Below are positions 10,403-19,576 of a DNA stretch of 64,000 bases, one piece after another (position 1 is the first letter of the stretch; every line of letters starts with the position of its first letter). Location of the stretch: assembly GCA_036258795.1 (NCBI GenBank), contig DATACZ010000026.1:12552-76551 (forward strand), written 5' to 3'. The stretch comes from Actinomycetota bacterium. GTDB lineage: Bacteria > Actinomycetota > CADDZG01 > JAHWKV01. The translations under genes were made by a program, and so were the position numbers. The notes beneath the pieces are model-generated. The model did no database searches, was not told the origin of the DNA, and saw only the letters and a list, made by a program, of their open reading frames with translations.

Positions 10403-13400
10403 ATGGATGAACTGAGTTTTCACGTACAGCCGCGTCTGGTCGTGGTTCTGGTTACTCATAACGGCGGCCCCTGGCTGCGGCGATGCCTGGCATCGATTGC
10501 GCGCCAGACTTACTCTAACTTCGACGTAATCGTGGTAGACAGCGGCTCCGAGACGCCCGCGGCGGCAGTGGTGGGAAGGATCCTTCCGGACGCCGAGTTC
10601 ATCTGGGTTGAGCGGAACCTGGGATTTGGAACGGCGTGCAACTACGCCCTGGGCTCTTCCACAAAAACGCCGTCGGCAGAGTACTTCCTCTTCCTCCACG
10701 ACGACACACAGCTGGACCCCGAGGCGATCAGCGCTCTGGTGTCGGCGGCGGTGAAGACCGGCTCCGGAATAGTCGGTGGCAAGGGACTCGACTGGGATTA
10801 CCCAGAGGTTCTCGTGGAGGTCGGAATGTCGGCGAACCAGTTCTGCTTCCCGTACTCGCCGTTGGAGGAGGGCGAAATAGACCAGGGGCAGCATGAGGGA
10901 CTCAGGGAGACGCTGTTCGTAAGCAACTCGTGCATGCTCGTGTCTCGGGGAATGGCCATGAGGTGCGGCCTATGGGACGGCGCCTACTTTGCCTTCGGGG
11001 AAGACCTCGATCTCTGCATCCGCTGCCGTGTGGTGGGCTTCAAGGTCATGGTCGAGCCCGCCGCCCGCTTTTTACACGCGCGTGCTCTGACCAATGGCGC
11101 TCGCCGAGCTGCGGGAGTCGGGCCGGCGACCGTTCTAAAGCGCCGGAACCAGCTGAGAACAATCGCGAAAAACTTCCACCTGTACCGAACGCTCCCGCTG
11201 CTTGTGGCCTTCTTCATGGCCGGAACGCTCAGGACGCTGTTGGTTGCCGCCTCTCGCCGGTTCGACGAGGTTTCCGTTTACCCTCGGGCGTTCGGCGCCT
11301 TCCTGGGTTCCTTGCCCGACGTTGTCCGGCGAAGGCGGGCCGTACAGAAGCGTAGGACCGTCCCGGATCGAAGAATCAGGCGGCTAATGGTCCGAGAGAC
11401 CCACCTCGGTCGGTTGCAGTTGGAGAGGTTGATCGGCGGCCTTGAACGCGGGACTTTGGCATTCGGGGCGAAGACGTTGTCGCAGCTTTCTTTTTCCTCG
11501 ATGAGGATGGCGCTCTCAGGTTGGGTACGGAAGCCAGCTTCGCTGTCACTCCTTCTGATCATCGTGCTGCTCATCGTGGCTCTGAGGAATGTCCTGTTCG
11601 GGCCGGCCATTGCATCAGGATCTCTTTGGCCCTTTCCCGCATCCGGCAATAGGCTGCTCGGCGACTACCTGTCTCAGTGGCGCGATGTTCGCCTGGGAAC
11701 AGAATCTGCGGCTCCGGTCGCCCTTCCGATCTTGTGGGCGGTGAACGTCATCAGCTTGGGCAAGGCCGTGCTGGCCCAAAAACTGCTCGTCGTTCTGGCA
11801 ATCGCAATGGGCTTGTGGGGAATGAGCAGGCTGGTCAAGCACACCACCCCTAGCGTGCCGGCTCGAGTGCTTGCTGTTGGGGTTTACGCTCTGGGGCCGG
11901 TCGTGCACTCAATGGTTTCCAACGGCGACATGGCCGCTTTGGGCCTCTACGCCGGCTTGCCCTTTATCCTCGACCTGGCTCTCAGGACTCTCGGATCCGA
12001 AGAGTCTCCAAGACCCGGAACACCTTTCAACCCGGACTTGCTGGCGCGAGACTCTGCCAGGCTGTCTTTGATCTGTCTGCCCGTGGTTGCTCTGGGCCCC
12101 TCCAACCTTGTTGCGCTATTCGTCCTGTTTTCCCTTATCGGCCTCTATGCCCTGGTTGTGGGTCGCTGGACCGACCAGGTCATCGTGCGGTTTGCGTACC
12201 TAATGCTCAGCCTGGGTCTGGTGGTGCTCGCCCTCCTTCCCTGGTCCCTCGAGGGCCTTCGTTCCAGTGGCCCGATCCTGAGCCCCCTGTTTTCGGGAAG
12301 GGGGGGCACTCTCCAAGCTCTATGGGCGGGGCGTGGCTTTGAGCAGATGTTGCTCGTGAATCTGGATGGGCGCCTGGGTGCTCTTGTTGCGCTGGGCGTG
12401 GCATTTGGAGCCCTGGCCCTGGCGGGTCCTCGCCGGCGGCTGGAGTCCCGAATGCTGGCTACTGCCTGGATAGGTTTTGCCTTAATTGGCGGCCTTGCCG
12501 GGAAGGGCTTGATCTCCCCTCCCGTTTTCTCGTCGACAGCATGGCTGGTGGTCCCCTTTGTGATCGTGGCGGCCCTGAGCGGCCATGTCGTGGCCGGCGC
12601 GGAGGAGGAGTTGCCGAAGCACTCGTTTGGGTGGCGGCACAACGTGGCCATCCCGGTGGTGGGCCTATTGATTGCCGGTGGAGTGCTTCTTGGGTGGGCG
12701 CCGTCGATCCTTAGTTGGGACCGTCCCAAGTCGACCTTCGCAGCAAGTACCGATGAGTTCAGCGGCTCGATCTCATCGTTTCTGACCACCACGGCCGAAG
12801 AGGTGGGTGACTTCCGAGTGTTGTGGCTGGGAAAGCGTTGGGTTGAACCGGTGCGCTCGGGCCTGCGCCCGATGGGCGACATCGATTACTTCCTTACGGG
12901 TCCACAGGGCCTCAACCATCTTTACGCGCACGAACCGCCTCCGGCTGAGGGAGAAAGGCGATTGGAGGTCGCCCTGGATGCCCTGATAGACCGCAAACTT
13001 CACCTTGCCGGGCACCTCCTCGCGCCGGCAAACATCCGGTTCATCATCGTAGATCCACAGGATCTGCCGGCAATCTCGGCGCTTAGGCGGCAACGGGACA
13101 TCGTTCTCGAGCAGCAGCTGAGCGGAGTGGCGGTATTCCGCAATTTGCGTTGGCTGCCAAGAGCCGTGCTGGCCCCCGTCAGCCTGGCGTCGCAGCTCAC
13201 GGAGGGTACTCCCAACGAAAGGGCCCTTATGCTTGTGGAGTGGTCCGGGGGGTGGCGAATTCCACGCCGGTCTACGAGCAGCTTCTCGGGCGAGCTCCCG
13301 CGAACCCGTCACTCTCAGATCCTGGTTGGCGAGAACTTCAACGCCTCATGGCGGGCATGGGTCGGAGACCGCCGCCTTTCCCATACTCAGGCCTTCGGCT

Positions 13401-13567
13401 GGGCCAATCGGTTCGAGCTTCATCCGGAGGCCCAAGGCGAGGTGACTGTGGCCTTTGGGAGGCGTTGGCTGCGCTTTTTCTGGCTGGCCGTTCAAGCACT
13501 GATCGTTTTTGGACTGGTGGCAGTGGCCCGTTCGCCTGAGCCCGGATCAGCCCCCGGCCGGCAATGA
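10403..13567 (+). CDS. Family 2 glycosyltransferase fused to a large polytopic membrane domain
   Basis: The N-terminal GT-A fold carries 'VVLVTHNG', 'DVIVVDSGS' and the DxD-like 'FLHDD'. About 15 predicted TM helices follow from ~aa 370. 1054 aa. Confidence 0.8.
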   Translation: MDELSFHVQPRLVVVLVTHNGGPWLRRCLASIARQTYSNFDVIVVDSGSETPAAAVVGRILPDAEFIWVERNLGFGTACNYALGSSTKTPSAEYFLFLHDDTQLDPEAISALVSAAVKTGSGIVGGKGLDWDYPEVLVEVGMSANQFCFPYSPLEEGEIDQGQHEGLRETLFVSNSCMLVSRGMAMRCGLWDGAYFAFGEDLDLCIRCRVVGFKVMVEPAARFLHARALTNGARRAAGVGPATVLKRRNQLRTIAKNFHLYRTLPLLVAFFMAGTLRTLLVAASRRFDEVSVYPRAFGAFLGSLPDVVRRRRAVQKRRTVPDRRIRRLMVRETHLGRLQLERLIGGLERGTLAFGAKTLSQLSFSSMRMALSGWVRKPASLSLLLIIVLLIVALRNVLFGPAIASGSLWPFPASGNRLLGDYLSQWRDVRLGTESAAPVALPILWAVNVISLGKAVLAQKLLVVLAIAMGLWGMSRLVKHTTPSVPARVLAVGVYALGPVVHSMVSNGDMAALGLYAGLPFILDLALRTLGSEESPRPGTPFNPDLLARDSARLSLICLPVVALGPSNLVALFVLFSLIGLYALVVGRWTDQVIVRFAYLMLSLGLVVLALLPWSLEGLRSSGPILSPLFSGRGGTLQALWAGRGFEQMLLVNLDGRLGALVALGVAFGALALAGPRRRLESRMLATAWIGFALIGGLAGKGLISPPVFSSTAWLVVPFVIVAALSGHVVAGAEEELPKHSFGWRHNVAIPVVGLLIAGGVLLGWAPSILSWDRPKSTFAASTDEFSGSISSFLTTTAEEVGDFRVLWLGKRWVEPVRSGLRPMGDIDYFLTGPQGLNHLYAHEPPPAEGERRLEVALDALIDRKLHLAGHLLAPANIRFIIVDPQDLPAISALRRQRDIVLEQQLSGVAVFRNLRWLPRAVLAPVSLASQLTEGTPNERALMLVEWSGGWRIPRRSTSSFSGELPRTRHSQILVGENFNASWRAWVGDRRLSHTQAFGWANRFELHPEAQGEVTVAFGRRWLRFFWLAVQALIVFGLVAVARSPEPGSAPGRQ

Positions 13568-14970
13568 GACCCCAGGAGGTGGCCTTCGTAGGCCTGTTCG
13601 TTGTTTTGCTCGGAGCGGTCCTGTTTCTCGACCGCGTCGTTCCGGACCACCGCAGCTCAACCAAGACTGATGAGGCAGGAGCCTTCGTATCGACCGGGTG
13701 GTACTGCCCGGCGCCGAATGGCGAGGACCTGGAGGCGCTGATGTCTACGGCCAATCTGGGGCGCTCCCCGCTGGCGGTCCGGCAATTGTCCGTGGGGGAA
13801 AAGAAAGAGTCCGACTTTGCGCAGGCACGGGTGGAAGCGCTTCACCGACGCTCCATTCCGCTAAGGCAGTTCAACATACCGAATGCGGTTGGGGTGACCG
13901 ACGCCTTTGGTGAGAACAGTACAGCTGCTCTCACCGTTCGCGGCCGAGGTAAGGGATTTGCATCTTCCGAATGCTCGCCGCAGCCGTGGGACAGGTGGTA
14001 CTTCGCCTCGGCTTCCACAGTTCGGGGTGAGGACCACTATCTCCTGGTTGCCAACCCTTTCCGAGAGGAGGCGGTGGTGAAGGTTCGGCTACTGATGCCG
14101 GATAAAGATGTCGTCCCGGCTCGTCTCAAGGATCTGGTCATCCCTACGCTCTCCCAAACCGCGGTTTATCTTCCCGACTACTACGTGGAGAACCCGAGCT
14201 TCGGGGTGGAGCTAACCGCCACCACCGGAAGGGTCATCGTCTCCCGATATTCAGCGGTCAACAGGGGAGGGGTCAGGGGCCTCTCCTTGGATCTGGGGGT
14301 TCGCGAACCCGCCGCCAACTGGCACTTCGCCGGTGGTGAGGTTCCCCAAAACGGGGAGGAAGAGTTAATTCTGGTTAACCCGGGCGACCGTGAAGCCCTT
14401 GTAGAGATCACTTTTCCCACCGACTCGGATCAGGTTGCTCCGCAAGACCTGAGCGAACTGCCGGTGGAAGGAGGAAGGCAGGTAACGGTGGACGTGTCGG
14501 ACCACCTTCCGAGGGGGACCAAACACGGGGTGGTGGTCACCTCGAGCAACTCCGTCCCGCTGGTGGTGGAGAGACGAATCACCGCGCCGGTTGAAGGTGG
14601 GCGAGGCATAGACATGGTGTTCGGAGTCCCTCGTGCATCTCAGCGCTGGGTGGTGCCGGTAGGTTCGGATGTGGGTGGCTTCTCCTCCTTGGCGATTACC
14701 AATCCGGGAGGAGGCGAGGCCACGGTGCGGGTTAGTCTCATCAGCGATGATGGCCCGGCTCGACCACCTGAGCTGGCCGCGTTGACCGTTGAGGCCGGGC
14801 GTCGAGAGACTGTAGACCTGACCAATCTCCTGAGACGAGAGATGGCGACTGCAGTAGTCGAGGCTACCAACGGCGCCATTGCAGTCGAGAGTCAGGCGGT
14901 GTTAGGAGACCCCTACTCGGACTTCGCCTTCACCGCCGGAGAGCCGGTTGCTGTTGGTGGACGGCCATAG
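13564..14970 (+). CDS. Membrane-anchored extracytoplasmic protein, possibly the DUF5719 family (recalled from memory, not verified)
   Basis: N-terminal TM 'VAFVGLFVVLLGAVLFL' followed by a ~440-aa soluble domain. Start overlaps the stop of the GT2 gene. Confidence 0.55.
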   Translation: MRPQEVAFVGLFVVLLGAVLFLDRVVPDHRSSTKTDEAGAFVSTGWYCPAPNGEDLEALMSTANLGRSPLAVRQLSVGEKKESDFAQARVEALHRRSIPLRQFNIPNAVGVTDAFGENSTAALTVRGRGKGFASSECSPQPWDRWYFASASTVRGEDHYLLVANPFREEAVVKVRLLMPDKDVVPARLKDLVIPTLSQTAVYLPDYYVENPSFGVELTATTGRVIVSRYSAVNRGGVRGLSLDLGVREPAANWHFAGGEVPQNGEEELILVNPGDREALVEITFPTDSDQVAPQDLSELPVEGGRQVTVDVSDHLPRGTKHGVVVTSSNSVPLVVERRITAPVEGGRGIDMVFGVPRASQRWVVPVGSDVGGFSSLAITNPGGGEATVRVSLISDDGPARPPELAALTVEAGRRETVDLTNLLRREMATAVVEATNGAIAVESQAVLGDPYSDFAFTAGEPVAVGGRP

Positions 14971-14979
14971 CCATTTCGA

Positions 14980-15336
14980 TCAGTCCCAACCCAGCTCCTC
15001 GAGCCGGTAGTCATCGATGCCAAAGTGGTGTGCGATCTCGTGGAGGACGGTCGTGCGGATGACCTCTGCGACCTCATGTTTGTCGGCAGCGGCTTTCTCG
15101 ATGTTGTGCTTGAACAGGGTGATGCGGTCTGGCAGGACTGCATGGTATCCGGTCTCGCGCTGCGTAAGTGGAATCCCTTCGTACAGGCCAAGCAGGTCGT
15201 CATCCTCGCTCTTGTTCGGGTCGTCCTCCACGGTGATCTCCAGGTTGGAAACCCTGCTGGCGAGCTCTACGGGAAGTTCTGCCATCGCCTCATCGACCAG
15301 GTCTAGGAACTCTTTGGAAGTTAGCGGGGGAACCAC
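14980..15336 (-). CDS. Zincin-like metallopeptidase family protein
   Basis: 'TTVLHEIAHHFGIDD' HExxH motif. 118 aa. Confidence 0.8.
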   Translation of the reverse strand: MVPPLTSKEFLDLVDEAMAELPVELASRVSNLEITVEDDPNKSEDDDLLGLYEGIPLTQRETGYHAVLPDRITLFKHNIEKAAADKHEVAEVIRTTVLHEIAHHFGIDDYRLEELGWD

Positions 15337-15450
15337 TCGTCAATAATCGCATTGGGCGCTGACGAGCGGTGGACTGAGCGGTAAAGTGGCAAAACGGCCG
15401 ACGCGGTACATCTGTTCGAGTCGCGCCCAAATGGCTACAATGGCCAGTCG

Positions 15451-16722
15451 ATGAACCCGATTTCCGCCATCACCCAACGCGTCACCAGGTTCAGCTGGGT
15501 GACGGGATTGATCTGCGCCGTTCTGATTCTTGGAGCCGGGGCTGCAACCGCTGCCGTGAGGATGGACGCCTCTGAGCGCAAGGTCGTTCTCAGGGGTGTG
15601 ACCGTTGGCGGAGTCGCCTTGGACGGGATGGAGTTTAAGCAAGCCCGCCAGCGCCTGCTCGACAGGTTCGACAAACCTCTGGACACAAAAATCGCCATTG
15701 AAGTAGGGGGAGCCTCGCACGGCTCAGTAACACCACGGGAGCTAGGCGTTTCCACAAACGTAGAAGAGGTCTATGAGAGGGCCGTGGCACTTCATGGAAA
15801 GCTCCCCATGTGGAAGAGGATCTGGTACCGCATCACCGGCATGTCGATAGGCCACGACCTTGTCGTGAAAACCGCTTTCGATGAGGACAAGACCAAAGCC
15901 TTCGTGGCCACGCTTAGCAAGAGCGTCAACCGCCCTCCCAAGGACGCCTCAGTGTCGCTGGTCGCGGGTTCTCCCAAGATCGCTTCTGAGGTCCCCGGAG
16001 TCGCTCTGGACGAGAAGGCCGCGCTCAAGGTTATAAAGGAGACTCTCTCCTCGCGGGAAAGGACCGCCAGACTCGAAACCTCTTCCGTTCCTGCTCAAAT
16101 CGAAAGGAACGACATCAAGAATGTGTTGGTGGTCAAAGTGGGGGAGAACAAGCTCTTTCATTACTCGGGAGAGCAACTGGTAAAAACCTACGACGTCGCG
16201 ACCGGTCTTCCGAAGTACCCGACCCCAAAGGGCCAGTTCAAGATCGTCAACAAGCGATTCAGGCCAACCTGGGTGAATCCGGCGAAGGCCCCAGGAAAGT
16301 GGGGCGAGAAGCTGCCCGCGAGGATTCCTCCCGGGCCCGATAACCCGCTCGGCACCCGAGCGATGGACCTGAACGCGCGAGGCATCAGGATTCACGGTAC
16401 CTCGTCTATTGGCTCGATCGGGTTCAACGCCTCCCACGGGTGCATCCGGATGAGGATGTCCGACGTTGAGGAGCTCTTCTCCCTGATCGACGTGGGAACG
16501 CCGGTGATAATCGTTCAGTCGGCTCCTTTCCGGGTGCAGACGGGTCCACGAGCCTCTTCCTCCCTCGATGCCCTAGCAGAGAGTGACGGAACAGCCATTC
16601 CCGGCCAATCCGTGGGAAGGCCTCCAGCACCTCCACTTCCCGCCATTCCTCCGCCTGCTCCCAAACCCCCCGAGCCGGTGGATCTGGGTGATGTGACGGA
16701 GCAGATTTTCCCGAGCAACTAG
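15451..16722 (+). CDS. L,D-transpeptidase (YkuD domain) with N-terminal membrane anchor
   Basis: The catalytic motif 'HGTSSIGSIGFNASHGCIRM' and an N-terminal TM. Pro-rich C-terminus. Confidence 0.85.
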   Translation: MNPISAITQRVTRFSWVTGLICAVLILGAGAATAAVRMDASERKVVLRGVTVGGVALDGMEFKQARQRLLDRFDKPLDTKIAIEVGGASHGSVTPRELGVSTNVEEVYERAVALHGKLPMWKRIWYRITGMSIGHDLVVKTAFDEDKTKAFVATLSKSVNRPPKDASVSLVAGSPKIASEVPGVALDEKAALKVIKETLSSRERTARLETSSVPAQIERNDIKNVLVVKVGENKLFHYSGEQLVKTYDVATGLPKYPTPKGQFKIVNKRFRPTWVNPAKAPGKWGEKLPARIPPGPDNPLGTRAMDLNARGIRIHGTSSIGSIGFNASHGCIRMRMSDVEELFSLIDVGTPVIIVQSAPFRVQTGPRASSSLDALAESDGTAIPGQSVGRPPAPPLPAIPPPAPKPPEPVDLGDVTEQIFPSN

Positions 16723-16870
16723 CTAGAGCTGTGGCTCCATCTGGCTACGCTGTGGCTCCATCTGCCTACTAGGTCGGTTCGGCAGCAGTAAGTAAGTAGG
16801 CAGGCAAGGATGGGCCAGTAATAGTGGGCTGACTTTACTTTAGGTAGCTAGTCAGTCAGTCCCCACAAGC
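16723..16870. repeat. AT-richer low-complexity spacer with short tandem repeats between convergent genes
   Basis: 'GCTGTGGCTCCATCTGGCTAC GCTGTGGCTCCATCTGCCTAC', 'AGTAAGTAAGTAGGCAGGCAAGG', 'TAGCTAGTCAGTCAGTCC'. Confidence 0.5.
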
Positions 16871-17974
16871 TCAAGCCGCCGGGCGACTCACCAAATCATC
16901 GAGCCGCCGTCTTATCTCTGGATCGGTAACTATCGCCTTTGCGGCCTCTACGGTAGTGGTGGCATCTGCATCCCGGCCCAGCTGCCGGTAACACAGGGCC
17001 AAGGAAGCGTAGTAATCGACGACGTAGGGATCGAGTTCGACGGCCGAGTGCAACGAGGCCAGCGAGTCCTGGGCGTTGCCCAAGGCCAGTCTCGCGGTGC
17101 CGAGCAGGTAGTGAGTCTCAGCCGACGAATCATCCATGCCTAGAGCCGCCCTGGCGTCCTCCTCCGCCTTTTCGGCCTGTCCCATGGTGAGATTTATCTG
17201 AGCGCGAGCGCGGTAGATGCTGGGGGCTCTCGGGTCCAACCTAACCGCCGTATCTATTGCCCTGGTCACCTCCTCCAAATCGGATGACGAGGGATCCAAG
17301 ATGGTCTCTTCGCCCGCTTCGGCTTGCAGTTTGGTGAGCAGCCTCCTGGCCAGAAGTGCATGGCCTTCAGCTAGCTGTGGATGCTCGCCTATTAGCCCCC
17401 TGATGAGCTCTATGGCCCGGTCGTGGTCCTCCAGCTGCTCGGCCAGCAAAAAGCGCACGATAGGGTCAGGCTGAGTAGAGGCTCGCGTCTCGAGGTAGCT
17501 CACCAACGAGAAGTCGCTGGCAGGTGGGACCAGCTTGGCTTCAATTGTTTCGGTCGAGCCGTCGACGCGCTTTACCCGCATGGTGTGCTCTCCGCTCTTG
17601 CTGCCTCGGAATGCCACAAGGAGTTGCTCGTGGTTCTTGAGCTCTTCCCCGTCGATCCAGGAGATGACGTCTCCAGGCTTCAGCCCTAGTTTGTGGGCAG
17701 GACTATCCGGAAGGACGTCCAGAATCAGGGCCCCACCGGTCTCCTGCCCACGTTCCATCAGAAGCCCCCAGCCCGGCTCATTCGTAAGCACGACAGTCCC
17801 GAACAACAGGGCTGCGGGAGGGTCAACCGCCTCCGGTGCCGGATACTCCGTCGATGCTTGTTTTTCCGCCGGCTCGCGTCCCACCATCCGTCGTAGAAAC
17901 GGAGGGGGGGAGCAGGATGTCGCAATCAGAGCCAGTGAAAGGCACGAGATGATTAGCGCACGGCCAGGTCTCAC
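16871..17974 (-). CDS. Lipoprotein with PDZ domain and TPR repeats
   Basis: Signal and lipobox 'LALIATSC'. A PDZ-like 'GLKPGDVISWIDGEEL' segment. C-terminal TPR-like repeats ('AEKAEEDARAALGMDD...HYLLGTARLALGNAQ'). Confidence 0.6.
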   Translation of the reverse strand: MRPGRALIISCLSLALIATSCSPPPFLRRMVGREPAEKQASTEYPAPEAVDPPAALLFGTVVLTNEPGWGLLMERGQETGGALILDVLPDSPAHKLGLKPGDVISWIDGEELKNHEQLLVAFRGSKSGEHTMRVKRVDGSTETIEAKLVPPASDFSLVSYLETRASTQPDPIVRFLLAEQLEDHDRAIELIRGLIGEHPQLAEGHALLARRLLTKLQAEAGEETILDPSSSDLEEVTRAIDTAVRLDPRAPSIYRARAQINLTMGQAEKAEEDARAALGMDDSSAETHYLLGTARLALGNAQDSLASLHSAVELDPYVVDYYASLALCYRQLGRDADATTTVEAAKAIVTDPEIRRRLDDLVSRPAA

Positions 17975-18076
17975 AGATTAATTATGGGCATCAAACAGGG
18001 GACACGCCCAAGATTGTTTCGCGAGGTTGCGGACTTTCGTTTGCATCTGGAGAAAGGGGAGTGCTAAGATGAAGCC

Positions 18077-18130
18077 GTTCCGCAGAAGTGAGTAGGGGCA
18101 ACCCGAAAGCTACTGCGGAACGCTTTTTTT
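18077..18130 (+). terminator. Intrinsic-terminator-like hairpin (GTTCCGCAG...CTGCGGAAC) followed by T7
   Basis: A 9-bp inverted repeat is followed by 'cttttttt'. A TTGCAT-N17-TAAGAT promoter-like element lies just upstream (~18036-18066). Confidence 0.5.
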
Positions 18131-18135
18131 GGTAA

Positions 18136-18164
18136 CTGCCCGGCCGCTGGCCGGGCAGTTTTCA
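18136..18164 (+). terminator. Second GC-rich intrinsic terminator hairpin (CTGCCCGGCC gctg GGCCGGGCAG) + TTTT
   Basis: A 10-bp perfect GC-rich stem, 4-nt loop, then a U-tract, immediately downstream of the first hairpin. Confidence 0.6.
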
Positions 18165-18297
18165 ATTTCCTGACTCGTTCTTAAAAGCGAGGAGGAACAA
18201 AACTACAAATTCTTGCTTAGGTAACAAAATGCGTTACATAAGACAGTACCAGGCGGGTTTGTTGAAAATCACATAAACGTAATTTATTGTTCTGATC

Positions 18298-18528
18298 ATG
18301 CTCAAAGTACAAACCCAAGTCGACCAAAGAATCTGTGCCCACCCCGGCTGCAACGCCCTGGCCGCGGCAACTCTCGGCTTTCACTACGAATCCAGGCTGG
18401 TCTGGTTTGAGGAGTTGAAGGCTAAGTTTGAGCTGGACAGATACGACCTGTGCGGCTACCACTTGGACCATTTTGCGCCTCCACGGGGGTGGAAGAAGGA
18501 GGACCGACGGGCCGACCCCTCCGGCTGA
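18298..18528 (+). CDS. DUF3499 family protein (conserved actinobacterial, whiB-associated)
   Basis: 'CAHPGCNALAAATLGFHYESRLVWFEEL...YDLCGYHLDHFAPPRGW' matches the DUF3499 pattern. Confidence 0.8.
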   Translation: MLKVQTQVDQRICAHPGCNALAAATLGFHYESRLVWFEELKAKFELDRYDLCGYHLDHFAPPRGWKKEDRRADPSG

Positions 18529-18685
18529 GCAACCTTCTTCGACTGTGGAGAGCAATCTGGACACCCTCAACCAAAGGGAGGGTTGGCTGGTCCGGCTCGG
18601 GCCCGACCGACTGCCTCAGGCCCCGGCTCCACCAACCGCAAGTGGCTTAGGTAACACGTGGGTAAGGCGCGTTTTTGGAGGATCT

Positions 18686-18988
18686 GTGGCACTCGATCGT
18701 GAGCTGATCCGTCAAGTGAGGTCGTTGGATGAGTACGACTTGCGCAGGCTGCTCATCTTCGTTAGGGGAGTTCTCCTCCAAAAGGCCGACCATGTCCTGG
18801 AGGACGACGGCTCCCCGGTGAAGCCTGGAAAGGTAAGTTACCGCTTGGAAGTGGTCAACTGCGGCAAGCCGGGGTGCTCCAAATGCCCCCACGGGCCTTA
18901 CTGGTATGCCTACTGGCGGGAGGGTGGCAGGATCCGGTCTCGCTACATCGGAAGACGATTGCCGGCGGGCGAACGCGCTGACTTATGA
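18686..18988 (+). CDS. Small hypothetical protein with a C4 zinc-ribbon-like motif (downstream part of table ORF 18428..18988)
   Basis: A GTG at 18686 is preceded by GGAGGA. 'NCGKPGCSKCPHGPYWYAYWREGG' carries four Cys. The upstream part of the table ORF overlaps DUF3499 and is likely non-coding. Confidence 0.4.
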   Translation: MALDRELIRQVRSLDEYDLRRLLIFVRGVLLQKADHVLEDDGSPVKPGKVSYRLEVVNCGKPGCSKCPHGPYWYAYWREGGRIRSRYIGRRLPAGERADL

Positions 18989-19019
18989 AGCGTGGTTGTA
19001 AGTTGAGACCGGTCGCCCC

Positions 19020-19391
19020 CTACAGGGGTCGCTGCGAGGTCCTTGAGGACGACGCGAGGGCCACGTTTGAACTGGCACGCCGTCGGAGTAAAGCCTTACG
19101 TTCTAGCTCGGTCAGACCACCCCAGATTCCGTAGGCCTCACGGGACTCGAGGGCGTGCTCCAGGCACTCCTGCTGGACGGGGCACGTGCGGCAAACGGCC
19201 TTGGCCGCCTCTTCTCGATCGCGCTTTTCCTTAACTGCCTCAGTATGTTCAGGGCCGAAGAAGATGGTCGGATCCATGCCCTTGCAGGCTGCGCGGTCCT
19301 GCCAGCGCGCCTCCGCCTCCAATGATGCGAGCTTCGAGGCCAGAGCCTTCGTGGTCTTGGTCTTCTTGGACGGATGGTCGTCGTTTCTCAA
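19020..19391 (-). CDS. whiB: WhiB-family [4Fe-4S] transcription factor (WhiB2-like, N-terminal extension)
   Basis: Four-Cys core 'RAACKGMDP...VCRTCPVQQECLEHAL...YGIWGGLTELER'. Confidence 0.9.
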   Translation of the reverse strand: MRNDDHPSKKTKTTKALASKLASLEAEARWQDRAACKGMDPTIFFGPEHTEAVKEKRDREEAAKAVCRTCPVQQECLEHALESREAYGIWGGLTELERKALLRRRASSNVALASSSRTSQRPL

Positions 19392-19576
19392 TACTTAAAA
19401 TTCCTCAATCCTTGGACAAAATTTCCGGGTTCTTGTGTGGTCCAGCGCCGCGGGGGAGAGATCAACATGGTTTACCCGGATTAAAACTTCTCTAATTAAA
19501 GGATAGGGCAACCCCCGTCATATGAGCCGTTGAACCTTGAAAGAAAACGCCCGAATGCCGGCCCGGTTAGGATGCT

